From: Octopus bimaculoides
Taxonomy: Eukaryota
DNA: 33,088 bases
Direction of reading: 5' to 3'
NCBI RefSeq assembly: GCF_001194135.2
Contig: NC_068981.1
Span: forward strand, 131,152,447-131,185,534
The translations under genes were made by a program, and so were the position numbers. Under the pieces are notes generated by a model. The model had not been told where the DNA came from. It did no database searches and saw nothing but the letters and a program-made list of their open reading frames with translations. Shown one piece after another: positions 1 to 10,944 of the stretch; positions within the stretch are counted from its first letter, which is position 1, and every line of letters begins with the position of its first letter.

Positions 1-1
<1 letters not shown>

Positions 2-43
<42 letters not shown>

Positions 44-50
44 GACAGAA

Positions 51-121
<71 letters not shown>

Positions 122-335
122 AGGCAAACAGAGATATATATGTATATAATAATTAGAATTCTTTCATCTAGTACTTTATTTATGGTCACCAGAAGTTTGA
201 GGGGCAAAGTGAACATCAGCGGAATTCGAACTCGGGGCGCAAAGAGAGCTGAAGATATATCGCAAGGCGTACAGCTCACACGACGCACACACGCACACAA
301 ACACACACACACACACACACACATACACACACACA

Positions 336-383
<48 letters not shown>

Positions 384-497
384 TATCCGAATGTCGTGCA
401 CATCGTATGTGTACCATCGTCTATGTATGTTATCTATGCAGACGACAGACACGCAAGTTTGTTTGTGTATTTGCTCATGCACACGTGTTTGTGTGTG

Positions 498-529
<32 letters not shown>

Positions 530-554
530 TGTATGCATATGCATATATATATAT
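2..554. repeat. Microsatellite cluster (GA)n, (GACA)n, (CA)n, (TATG)n, (TA)n, running into gap 555-1263
   Basis: Directly visible tandem units. Confidence 0.97.
160..280 (-). mobile_element. Degenerate SINE family A fragment
   Basis: GGCAAAGTGAACATCAGCGGAATTCGAACTC is the reverse complement of the core GAGTTCAAATTCCGCCGAGGT..ACTTTGCC seen at ~5875-5910. Confidence 0.55.
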
Positions 555-1395
555 NNNNNNNNNNNNNNNNNNNNNNNNNNNNNNNNNNNNNNNNNNNNNN
601 NNNNNNNNNNNNNNNNNNNNNNNNNNNNNNNNNNNNNNNNNNNNNNNNNNNNNNNNNNNNNNNNNNNNNNNNNNNNNNNNNNNNNNNNNNNNNNNNNNNN
701 NNNNNNNNNNNNNNNNNNNNNNNNNNNNNNNNNNNNNNNNNNNNNNNNNNNNNNNNNNNNNNNNNNNNNNNNNNNNNNNNNNNNNNNNNNNNNNNNNNNN
801 NNNNNNNNNNNNNNNNNNNNNNNNNNNNNNNNNNNNNNNNNNNNNNNNNNNNNNNNNNNNNNNNNNNNNNNNNNNNNNNNNNNNNNNNNNNNNNNNNNNN
901 NNNNNNNNNNNNNNNNNNNNNNNNNNNNNNNNNNNNNNNNNNNNNNNNNNNNNNNNNNNNNNNNNNNNNNNNNNNNNNNNNNNNNNNNNNNNNNNNNNNN
1001 NNNNNNNNNNNNNNNNNNNNNNNNNNNNNNNNNNNNNNNNNNNNNNNNNNNNNNNNNNNNNNNNNNNNNNNNNNNNNNNNNNNNNNNNNNNNNNNNNNNN
1101 NNNNNNNNNNNNNNNNNNNNNNNNNNNNNNNNNNNNNNNNNNNNNNNNNNNNNNNNNNNNNNNNNNNNNNNNNNNNNNNNNNNNNNNNNNNNNNNNNNNN
1201 NNNNNNNNNNNNNNNNNNNNNNNNNNNNNNNNNNNNNNNNNNNNNNNNNNNNNNNNNNNNNNNTATATATATATATATATATATGTCTGTATGTGTGTAT
1301 GTATTTATGTATAGTTGCGTGTGTGCTACCAACACCATTATCAACCGACCGACCGACCCCAAATATACTTTTACTTTTAACAACTGCTGGTCACA

Positions 1396-1421
1396 GTGAC
1401 CCTGCTGCTACTGCTGCTGCT

Positions 1422-1460
<39 letters not shown>

Positions 1461-1470
1461 ACTGCTGTTG
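1396..1470. repeat. (CTG)n trinucleotide tract
   Basis: Visible CTG units. Confidence 0.95.
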
Positions 1471-1599
1471 TGCTTCCTTCAACAGCAACTCCTAACACTA
1501 CCCCTCCCACATTACTCTTACGCTTACTTCTCCCGATCATTTTATTTGTTTCACTTTCTTTTTCGCTTTCTGTTTCTCTCTATCTTTCTCTTTCTTTCG

Positions 1600-2124
1600 A
1601 TATATGTGTGTATGTATGTGTACGCGTGTGTGTGTGTGTGTGTGTGCATGCGTGTGTGTTTGTATATTCGTAATATGTTTATATACATTAATGCGTGTAT
1701 GTATGTACGTTTGTGCGTGTATTTGTATATACGTAGTGTGTGTGCGCTCGACTTTATGTTTATAAGTATGTGCGTTTATGCTTATGAGTGTGTGCGCATG
1801 TACATACATAAATTTGTGTGTGTGTGTGTGTGTGTGTGAGGGTGTGTGTGCACCACAGTACCTCATAGAACATAACACACACACACACAAACATACACAC
1901 ACACACACATATGCGCGTGCGCTCACACACAAACATAGACAGTCATACATTTTACACAGACACACACACACACGCACACACACACACACACACACACAAA
2001 CACAAACAGGTCAAGTTAACCTACCTGCACTGTGATGTCTGTCTGCAGCATGTTGTTGTTGTTAGCTGTAGTAGTTGTTTGTTGGCGATAGTGGTAGTGG
2101 TGGTGGTAGGTGGTGGTGGTGGTG
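1600..2124. repeat. Mixed (TG)/(CA)/(GTT)/(GGT) microsatellites up to gap 2125-3049
   Basis: Visible simple repeats. Confidence 0.9.
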
Positions 2125-3049
2125 NNNNNNNNNNNNNNNNNNNNNNNNNNNNNNNNNNNNNNNNNNNNNNNNNNNNNNNNNNNNNNNNNNNNNNNNNNNN
2201 NNNNNNNNNNNNNNNNNNNNNNNNNNNNNNNNNNNNNNNNNNNNNNNNNNNNNNNNNNNNNNNNNNNNNNNNNNNNNNNNNNNNNNNNNNNNNNNNNNNN
2301 NNNNNNNNNNNNNNNNNNNNNNNNNNNNNNNNNNNNNNNNNNNNNNNNNNNNNNNNNNNNNNNNNNNNNNNNNNNNNNNNNNNNNNNNNNNNNNNNNNNN
2401 NNNNNNNNNNNNNNNNNNNNNNNNNNNNNNNNNNNNNNNNNNNNNNNNNNNNNNNNNNNNNNNNNNNNNNNNNNNNNNNNNNNNNNNNNNNNNNNNNNNN
2501 NNNNNNNNNNNNNNNNNNNNNNNNNNNNNNNNNNNNNNNNNNNNNNNNNNNNNNNNNNNNNNNNNNNNNNNNNNNNNNNNNNNNNNNNNNNNNNNNNNNN
2601 NNNNNNNNNNNNNNNNNNNNNNNNNNNNNNNNNNNNNNNNNNNNNNNNNNNNNNNNNNNNNNNNNNNNNNNNNNNNNNNNNNNNNNNNNNNNNNNNNNNN
2701 NNNNNNNNNNNNNNNNNNNNNNNNNNNNNNNNNNNNNNNNNNNNNNNNNNNNNNNNNNNNNNNNNNNNNNNNNNNNNNNNNNNNNNNNNNNNNNNNNNNN
2801 NNNNNNNNNNNNNNNNNNNNNNNNNNNNNNNNNNNNNNNNNNNNNNNNNNNNNNNNNNNNNNNNNNNNNNNNNNNNNNNNNNNNNNNNNNNNNNNNNNNN
2901 NNNNNNNNNNNNNNNNNNNNNNNNNNNNNNNNNNNNNNNNNNNNNNNNNNNNNNNNNNNNNNNNNNNNNNNNNNNNNNNNNNNNNNNNNNNNNNNNNNNN
3001 NNNNNNNNNNNNNNNNNNNNNNNNNNNNNNNNNNNNNNNNNNNNNNNNN

Positions 3050-3420
3050 GGTGGTGGTGGTATGATGGTGGTTTTTGACTGTGACGATGATGATGTTGGT
3101 GATGTAGATGGTGGTGGTGGTGGTGGTGCTGGTGCTGCTGGTTCTGTTGGTGGTGGGATGGTGGGAGTGACGGGGGTGGAAGAGTGGAGGCGGGATGACG
3201 ATGGTTTCAGTTATGACGACGATGATGATGATTATGATGGTAGCGTGAGATGGTAGTTGTGATGATAATTAGGAAGACGATAATGATGTTGTTGAAGTTG
3301 TTGTTGGTAGCGGTAGTGATGGTGGTTGCGATGGCCGAATGTTGTCTGAGGCGGATGTGTGTGTGTAGCTTGACGTTGCTGCTGCTGCTGCTGCTGCTGC
3401 TGCCCTTGATGTTGTTCCGT
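3050..3420. repeat. Degenerate (GGT)/(GAT)/(GTT)/(CTG) trinucleotide region
   Basis: Visible trinucleotide periodicity. Confidence 0.9.
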
Positions 3421-3660
3421 TTGTTGTTTAACCCCAGGTCAGCTCTAAGCGGGAAGATTCATGATAAAAAGCTCACCAACCGTGACCATCTCCTTCTTCC
3501 CTCTGAACAAGGTATCCGGGATTATATCATTGAATGTGCACACACGGCACTCTCCTTGCTACCCTCTTTGAAACAATAGAGTAGTGTTCGAAGAATTTGA
3601 CTGCTTTTTTTCTAGCAAATCGAGCGACTACATTAGAAGCTACCACATTAGCTCGAAATT
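3420..3660 (-). mobile_element. Interspersed repeat body with (CAA)-type tail on - strand; second copy at 5596-5780
   Basis: TTGTTGTTTAACCCCAGGTCAG...CGTGAC and ATTTGACTGCT..CTAGCAAATCGAGCGACTAC align colinearly with TTGTTGTTTAGTCCCAGGTCAG...CGTGAT and ATTTGGCAACT..TAGCAGGTCTTGCGACCAC at 5596-5780. Confidence 0.65.
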
Positions 3661-3665
3661 TAAGA

Positions 3666-3785
3666 TGCTTTTGGCGCCTACTTTTCTCAAGAGGTCACCC
3701 ATTTAAAGTGGTAACGAGGTTCCATGTTACTTGACTTCGGTAATCGGACAAGAAGCAATATTTTCAACGTGATATGGCCGAGGTT
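3666..3785 (-). pseudogene. Degenerate 5S rRNA-derived sequence (pseudogene or SINE3 head)
   Basis: Minus strand reads CGGCCATATCACGTTGAAAA TATTGCTTCTTGTCCGATTACCGAAGTCAAGTAACATGGAACCTCGTTACCACTTTAAATGGGTGACC. This is colinear with the invertebrate 5S pattern (CGGCCATAYCACGTTGAA..GTCCGATC..CGAAGTTAAGCAAC..GTTAGTACTTGGATGGGTGACC). Many substitutions; the last ~25 nt are decayed. Confidence 0.85.
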
Positions 3786-3995
3786 GAAAATGATGGCGTT
3801 GATTGGGACGATAACATTGCGCTATAGAGACAAAGGTGCTGGAGAAGAAAGCGACGTAATGTAACAGTGATGGGGAAGTCAAATAGTGTTGATAGAGCAG
3901 TGTTTTTGAGGATACTGTCCATGTGAACTGGCTTTCAAAGCGGTATCGAGAGCGTTATCCTTGAATATATGGTGCAGTCAGCCGTCACCCCGCTG

Positions 3996-4070
3996 CAGTG
4001 ATTCTCAACTTGAATACATATGACCCTTAGGGGCTCATATAGGATTTTGCTGTGAAATCTTATGAACAAT
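3996..4070 (+). mobile_element. Possible hAT-type non-autonomous transposon end
   Basis: CAGTGATTCTCAAC resembles the CAGTGGTTCTCAA terminus of hAT/Charlie-like elements; no partner TIR found. Confidence 0.25.
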
Positions 4071-4123
4071 AAATTGGAAAAACCGATTCGTTAATTGCAA
4101 ATTCAGTCACAAAAACAACAAAT

Positions 4124-4300
4124 GGCGTAGCAGTGGCTGTGTGGTAAGTAGCTTGCTTCCCAACCACATGGTTCCGGGTTCATTCCCACTGCGTGGCACC
4201 TTGGGCAAGTGCCTTCTACTATAGCCACGGGCCGACCAAAGCCTTGTGAGTGAATTTGGTAGACGGAAACTGAAAAGAAGCTTATCGCATGTATGTATGA

Positions 4301-4351
<51 letters not shown>

Positions 4352-4560
4352 AACATCGCTTGACAATCGATGCTGGTGTGTTTACGTCCCCGTAACTTAG
4401 CGGTTCGGCAAAAGAGACCGATAGAATAATAAGTACTAGGCTTCTAAAGAATAAGTCCTGGGGTCGATTTGCCCGATTAAAAGGCGGTGCTCCAGCATGG
4501 CCACAGTCAAACGACTGAAACAAGTAAAAGAGTAAATGAGTATAAAAGAGTAAAAGCAAA
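4124..4560 (+). mobile_element. Full-length tRNA-derived SINE, family B
   Basis: Head GGCGTAGCAGTGGCTGTGTGGTAAG (A-box-like) and GGTTCATTCCC (B-box-like), then a CORE-like CACCTTGGGCAAGTG, an internal (TG)n and a (AAAAGAGT)n-like tail. Several homologues in the window. Probably one of the described octopus OR/OK SINEs (not verified). Confidence 0.9.
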
Positions 4561-4841
4561 TAAATGGAAATTTAAAAGTAATGGCTGCTTTGTTCTTGGA
4601 AAAGGCGTCGCGCCGGAAGATAGTGAGGGAGACGCGCTCTACTTCTCCATTGCACAAAGTATTTTCATTTTTTATACAATTCTTAATAATATTTAATTAT
4701 AAAAGTATAACAGGATTATTTTTAACATGGGCGGGGTGGGGTTGGTTAGTAGAATGACATAAGAATCAAAGGGATCCACAGGCAAAAACAGTTCAGAATT
4801 ACTGCCCTTGAGCAATTATGGCTTGGTAGTATGTACCAGCG

Positions 4842-5080
4842 GAAGTGTGTGGCTTAGTGGTTCGAGTGTTGGATTCATGATCGTAAGATTGTGGTTTCGA
4901 TTCATAGACCGAGTGATGCCCCGTCTTCTTGGGCAAAGCACTTCATTTCACGTTGCTCCAGCCCACTCAGCTGGCAAAAATGAGGAATCTTACGATGGAC
5001 AGGTGGGAAAATATATATACGCCATGGAAACCGGTAAAGTCATCCTATGAGTCTAAATAACTCAAGAAGGAACTTAAGTA
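4842..5080 (+). mobile_element. tRNA-derived SINE, family C
   Basis: GTGGCTTAGTGG (A box), GGTTTCGATTC (B box), body CTTCATTTCACGTTGCTCCAGCCCACTCAG; homologue at 5199-5320 (-). Confidence 0.8.
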
Positions 5081-5198
5081 TGTACCATGCTTTTACTGAT
5101 TGTTTTAGGCGCCTGTGTAGTCACGAGCAGGCACAGACACTCTTCTTGACCTCATAACCTCTCCTTTGACGCTGTGGAAGGAACATCTAATGATATCA

Positions 5199-5320
5199 CT
5201 GAGTAGGCTGGAGTGACGTGAAATGAAGCTCTTTGCACAGGGACAAAACGGTCCAGAAACTGAACCCTCGATTTTATGAACATGAGTCGAGCACCGTAAC
5301 AACTAGGCCACGCGCCTTCA
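5199..5320 (-). mobile_element. tRNA-derived SINE, family C, inverted relative to 4842-4970
   Basis: Minus strand: GAAGGCGCGTGGCCTAGTTGTT...GCAAAGAGCTTCATTTCACGTCACTCCAGCCTACTCAG. Confidence 0.8.
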
Positions 5321-5595
5321 CGGAGCTTGGTACAGGAGGGAGCATACTGCTAGGGTAGTTTGTACGATGGCGATAGAGGAGATGGTAATCGTGATATACT
5401 GCTATTGTAGTGGTATAATAATACTCAAGTGAGGCTGGTTGGCGGCGGCGGTGTTGGTGGTGACGATTAAGGTTGTGGTGGTGAAGCAGCAATAGTGTAG
5501 TGAAGATAGCGACAGTCGAGTGTTGTTGTTGTTGTTGATGGTGGTGGTGATGCTAGTGGTGGTGGTGGTGCTGCTTGTCACTAATAAGGTTACTC

Positions 5596-5780
5596 TTGTT
5601 GTTTAGTCCCAGGTCAGAGCCAATCCAGTAGACCTAGTGGTAAAATACATTCCAGACGTGATTTTCACATTTTTTTTTTACCACAATGCACCTACGATCA
5701 GATTAATGAATATTCCTTCTTGTCTAATGGAGATTTGGCAACTATCCATAGCAGGTCTTGCGACCACGTAGACGCTTCCA
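5596..5780 (-). mobile_element. Second copy of the 3420-3660 repeat body, without a 5S head
   Basis: Colinear motifs as listed for 3420-3660; also adjoins a GTT/GGT-rich tract. Confidence 0.6.
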
Positions 5781-5807
5781 GAAGTGTTGTCATTAATACT
5801 AGTTATA

Positions 5808-6620
5808 CAGGGCAACCAACTAGCAGAATCGTTACAGCGTTGGACAAGATGCTTAGCGGCATTTCGTCTTTAAGTTCTAAGTTCAAATTCCGCCGAGGTT
5901 CACTTTGCCTTTCATCCTTTCGAGGTCGATAAAAAAAGTATCGGTCAAGTAGTGCAGTCAGTGTAATCGACTATTCCCCACTCAGCAAATTTCAGGCCTG
6001 GTGCCTATCGTAGAAAGGGTTAAAATTAATTATAAAAGCAGCGAACTGACAGAATCGCTACAGCGTCGGACAAAATGTCTCGTGAAATTGCTTATGGCGC
6101 CTAACGTTCTGAGTCGGAATCATGCCGAGGTAGACTTTGCCGTTCATTCTTCCAGGGTCGATAAAATAAGTACCAGTTTAGTCGATGTAGTCAACTTGCC
6201 CTTTCCCCACTAAAAATTTGTTAACCTTGTGCCAAAATTTGAAACCAAAAGCGGTGAGTTGGCAGAATCGTTAGCATGCCAGACGAAATCCTCAACGACA
6301 ATTCTTCCGGCTCTTTACGTTCTGAGTTCAAATGCCACCCAGGTCGACGGTGCTTTTCATCCTTTTAGGGTCGATGAAAAAAGTAACAGTTGAGTTTTGG
6401 GATTCATCTAATCGACTAGCACCCTCCCACAAAATTTCAGGCCTTGTGCCCATAGCAGAAAGAATTAATATTGATTATAAAGGGGCGACCTTGCAGAAGC
6501 GTTAAACCGTTGAATGAAATGGTTTGCGGTATTTCTTCCAATTATTTACGCTCTGAGTTCAATTTCCGTCAAGGTCAACTTTACCTTTCCTCCTTGGGAG
6601 TAGAGAAATTAAATCAGTAA
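5808..6620 (+). mobile_element. Four head-to-tail SINE family A copies (~5808-6033, 6034-6246, 6247-6478, 6479-6620)
   Basis: Each copy carries a variant of GCAGAATCGTTAGC...GTTCTGAGTTCAAAT...GGTCGACTTTGCCTTTCATCC...GGTCGATAAA. Confidence 0.9.
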
Positions 6621-6977
6621 CACTTCGATTTAAAAAATTGCAGAAATTTTAATAAAACAGCGCATTTCTTTACAATGTACACACACATTTCCGGATAAAT
6701 TAATTGATACAGGCATATATAAAAATAAGCATACGCACACACATACACACACACATATACATAATTATATACAGTATATATGTGTATGGATGTATGCATG
6801 CGCGCATCTATGCATGTTACTTCATCTGGAGATCAGCATAGTGGTCGCCGCATTAACCACCATATATAATGAAACTGGAATATATAAATAGTAGAGCACC
6901 ACGGTGTAGAGACTGCGTGTATGTGCACGTATGTGCGATGGTCATATGAATCTAAGAGAAGATAAACGAAGCTTATA

Positions 6978-7026
<49 letters not shown>

Positions 7027-7371
7027 NNNNNNNNNNNNNNNNNNNNNNNNNNNNNNNNNNNNNNNNNNNNNNNNNNNNNNNNNNNNNNNNNNNNNNNNNN
7101 NNNNNNNNNNNNNNNNNNNNNNNNNNNNNNNNNNNNNNNNNNNNNNNNNNNNNNNNNNNNNNNNNNNNNNNNNNNNNNNNNNNNNNNNNNNNNNNNNNNN
7201 NNNNNNNNNNNNNNNNNNNNNNNNNNNNNNNNNNNNNNNNNNNNNNNNNNNNNNNNNNNNNNNNNNNNNNNNNNNNNNNNNNNNNNNNNNNNNNNNNNNN
7301 NNNNNNNNNNNNNNNNNNNNNNNNNNNNNNNNNNNNNNNNNNNNNNNNNNNNNNNNNNNNNNNNNNNNNNN

Positions 7372-7418
<47 letters not shown>

Positions 7419-7669
7419 GCTGTACGTATACAAACATGCACACAAGCACAGGTGCACACACACGCACATACGCACACACATGATTGGTAATTCTTGTCGG
7501 ACACGGACGTGGATATGTCCCTTTCCTGTTGAGGAATTTTAATATATTTGTGAATGAGTTATATTTTCGCTTCTGTATCCAAATGTATAGGAGCGCAATG
7601 AACTGTTCCCTCGCCGCTTTATTAAATGTGGTCCTGGCGCGTAGTTGTTTAGCCCCAAGAGAAGAACTA

Positions 7670-7770
7670 CTACTACTACTGCCACCACCAGTAGTAGTAG
7701 TAGTAGTAGTAGTAGTAGCCGTAGTAGCAGTAGTAGTAGCAGCAGCGGTTGTGTTGGTGGTGGTGGTGAT
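7670..7770. repeat. (CTA)/(GTA)/(GGT) trinucleotide tract
   Basis: Visible. Confidence 0.9.
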
Positions 7771-7892
7771 AATAATCTTTTCTACTCTAGGCACGAGGCC
7801 CTAAATTTTGGGGGAGGGTGGTCAGTCGATTAGATGAACCCCAGTACACAACTGGTACTTAATTTATCGACCCCAAAGGGATGAAAGGCAAA
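7771..7892 (-). mobile_element. SINE family A, 3' half
   Basis: CTTTTCTACTCTAGGCACGAGGCC...GTCGATTAGAT...CAACTGGTACTTAATTTATCGACCCCAAAGGGATGAAAGGCAAA is the reverse complement of the family A 3' half. Confidence 0.9.
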
Positions 7893-8314
7893 TATCAAAT
7901 ATATAACTACATAGAATATATTGCACAGTTAAAACACACACAGACACTCACACACACATATATACGCGAAAATAGTCATGTATACGCGTTCGTATATCTG
8001 GGACTATAAAAATCTACAAGGCCTTCCTAAGATATAAAGGATGATCATTAAAACCAGACACTTTGCTTCACAACCTTGCTATAAAGTAGGTGGCCAGACA
8101 AAATTTACTATAAAATTATGAAGTGAAAGATCATATATACATACATACATACACACATAGATGTCAAAATCACGTTGATATTGGATTCGCAACCGATGCG
8201 AGGCGCTCTCCAGTTATGCCAAATATGCTTTTCGTTCCGATGTAAATGCTATCACTCTTTTCTATCACTGTTTCTTTTAATTTGTTTGACGTTCCAACAA
8301 TAGTATTATTACAT

Positions 8315-8369
8315 TTTTACTCTTTTACTCGTTTCAGCCATGCAGCTGTGGTCATGCTGGAGCACCACC
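8315..8369 (-). mobile_element. SINE family B 3' tail fragment
   Basis: TTTTACTCTTTTACTCGTTTCAG...GTGGTCATGCTGGAGCACC matches the reverse complement of 4485-4535. Confidence 0.75.
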
Positions 8370-8534
8370 ATTATTTATTTTGTTTTTATTTTATTTTATT
8401 GTTCCTTGGTAGGACATGTTTTTAGGGGTTAACTGAAAAAAAATTATACTTGAGTTATAATGTCTTGCAGATACTTATGCTTAATCAAGGTCTGAATCTA
8501 GTCATACGACTGACATGAAGCATATACGTTAGTG

Positions 8535-8588
<54 letters not shown>

Positions 8589-8605
8589 CATATAAACATT
8601 TATAT

Positions 8606-8716
8606 AGGCGCAAGCGTGGCTGCGTAGTAAGAAGGTGACGAACTGGCAGAAACGTTAGCACGCCAGGCGAAATGCTTAGCGGTATTTCGTCTACTGTTAC
8701 GTTCTAAGTTCAAATG
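8606..8716 (+). mobile_element. Family B head (~28 nt) joined to a family A 5' half
   Basis: AGGCGCAAGCGTGGCTGCGTAGTAAGAAG then GTGACGAACTGGCAGAAACGTTAGCACGCC...GTTCAAAT. Confidence 0.75.
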
Positions 8717-9030
8717 AAGTGAAGACAGCATGTTCTTTGTCTATCTCCTTATCTTCTTGGAGGTTGTAGGTAAAATTATACTAAAGTCCATCTGTTTTAA
8801 TTTAATTTAATTCTCTGTATTTATGCAGCTGAAGATTACTCTGCATTTAAATTGATGTAATGGTTGCATTGTTCAATTTAATGGAGTTGCTTGAAACGAT
8901 CGTACTGCATTACCTCCGGATATCCTGTTGCTTATTTTGATTTTAATCACCTTATTTTGAAAATGTATGGATAACACCGTACTAAATTCTGGCGCCTCAA
9001 CTTAAGCACCTAATTCATCTGAATCTATAT

Positions 9031-9276
9031 GTTGTTGTTGGCACTCCGTCGCTTACGACGACGAGGGTTCCAATTGATCCGATCAACGGAACAGCCTGCT
9101 CGTGAAATTAACGTGCAAGTGGCTGAGCAGGGTTCGCCACCATCCCCTGCCGGAGCATCGTGGAGCCTGAGGTGTTTTCGCTCAATAAACACTCACAACG
9201 CCCGGTCTGGGAATCGAAACCGTGACCCTATGACCGCGAGTCCGCTGCCCTAACCACTGGGCCATTGTGCCTCCAC
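9031..9276 (-). mobile_element. tRNA-derived SINE, family D, internally deleted, (CAA)n tail
   Basis: Reverse complement matches 28443-28830 except for a 143-bp internal segment. Confidence 0.9.
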
Positions 9277-9278
9277 TG

Positions 9279-9319
<41 letters not shown>

Positions 9320-10129
9320 NNNNNNNNNNNNNNNNNNNNNNNNNNNNNNNNNNNNNNNNNNNNNNNNNNNNNNNNNNNNNNNNNNNNNNNNNNNNNNNNN
9401 NNNNNNNNNNNNNNNNNNNNNNNNNNNNNNNNNNNNNNNNNNNNNNNNNNNNNNNNNNNNNNNNNNNNNNNNNNNNNNNNNNNNNNNNNNNNNNNNNNNN
9501 NNNNNNNNNNNNNNNNNNNNNNNNNNNNNNNNNNNNNNNNNNNNNNNNNNNNNNNNNNNNNNNNNNNNNNNNNNNNNNNNNNNNNNNNNNNNNNNNNNNN
9601 NNNNNNNNNNNNNNNNNNNNNNNNNNNNNNNNNNNNNNNNNNNNNNNNNNNNNNNNNNNNNNNNNNNNNNNNNNNNNNNNNNNNNNNNNNNNNNNNNNNN
9701 NNNNNNNNNNNNNNNNNNNNNNNNNNNNNNNNNNNNNNNNNNNNNNNNNNNNNNNNNNNNNNNNNNNNNNNNNNNNNNNNNNNNNNNNNNNNNNNNNNNN
9801 NNNNNNNNNNNNNNNNNNNNNNNNNNNNNNNNNNNNNNNNNNNNNNNNNNNNNNNNNNNNNNNNNNNNNNNNNNNNNNNNNNNNNNNNNNNNNNNNNNNN
9901 NNNNNNNNNNNNNNNNNNNNNNNNNNNNNNNNNNNNNNNNNNNNNNNNNNNNNNNNNNNNNNNNNNNNNNNNNNNNNNNNNNNNNNNNNNNNNNNNNNNN
10001 NNNNNNNNNNNNNNNNNNNNNNNNNNNNNNNNNNNNNNNNNNNNNNNNNNNNNNNNNNNNNNNNNNNNNNNNNNNNNNNNNNNNNNNNNNNNNNNNNNNN
10101 NNNNNNNNNNNNNNNNNNNNNNNNNNNNN

Positions 10130-10173
<44 letters not shown>

Positions 10174-10944
10174 TATGTGTGTGTGTATGTATGTATGTAT
10201 GTATGTATGTAAACACACACACATATATATATACATACATACATTTGTCTATATACTCACACGTAGACATGATATATAATCGGATTTCATAGCTTTCATC
10301 TCAATGTCTCAGTTGAACTCGTATGTTGTCCACTGTGTATATTTCGATGATAAATGTAAGCTGCAGCACAATGTATGTATATTTAGAATACTCTGTCCAA
10401 TACACATGTTTATATTTGCTGCTAAATGCCCCGAGTTACATCTTGAAATGTAGCCCATTAATAATTCATCACACCTTGATCCGGTTGGGTAATCTCTATA
10501 TGTAGACAACTATCCTTATTTTATTTATTTTTATTTAATAACGTCTTTCTGAGTAAATAATTGCTTTCAGGAGATAATTAAGCGTGTTGGAGTTTGCAGA
10601 CATCGAATTTTAAGCCTGCCTAATCAGCATCGTGAATGATCGGATAGGATGTACTTGTTAAGATTGTTGCATGATACTTTTGTGTATGTAAAGGGAAATC
10701 GCACTTATACTTTGCGGTTGAACAGAGAAAGATTTCAGTTTGAGCCATTCTAATAATAGTCTTCGTTAATGACACGGATACGAGATGGTCCATAAAGATA
10801 AGGAATTTGCATTCCGAGAATGAGTGGAAGAAGGAAATGTTTGACGTTTCGGATATATATTACAATAACAGTTTATTCACAACACAGCATACATTTAAAA
10901 ATCCAGGATATATATTTAAGCCTTTTGCAGCTTTTAAGCCATCT

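Noticed and set aside
1396-1839. Poly-Leu/poly-Ala ORFs suggestive of a signal peptide or homopolymer protein; similar cases at 3250-3579 and 7484-7833
   Set aside because: Translation of (CTG)/(GTA)/(GGT) microsatellites with no non-repetitive coding context.
2-3256. Long ORFs (300-465 aa) in the track here, and similar ones at 6833-7794, 9182-10292, 17022-17567, 20141-20598, 21677-22353 and 25715-26322
   Set aside because: They are open only because of N-runs and dinucleotide repeats (poly-X, YI, HT, CV, RE, LS).
3666-3785. Functional 5S rRNA gene
   Set aside because: Too many substitutions, a decayed 3' end and no tandem array; treated as a derived sequence.
4124-4200. tRNA genes at SINE heads (also 4842, 5320, 9276, 28443)
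   Set aside because: A/B boxes are present, but each continues into a SINE body and I could not build a full cloverleaf.
5808-6620. Regularly spaced repeats that might be taken for a CRISPR array or satellite
   Set aside because: Units are ~210-230-bp diverged SINE copies with no short repeat-spacer structure; context is eukaryotic.
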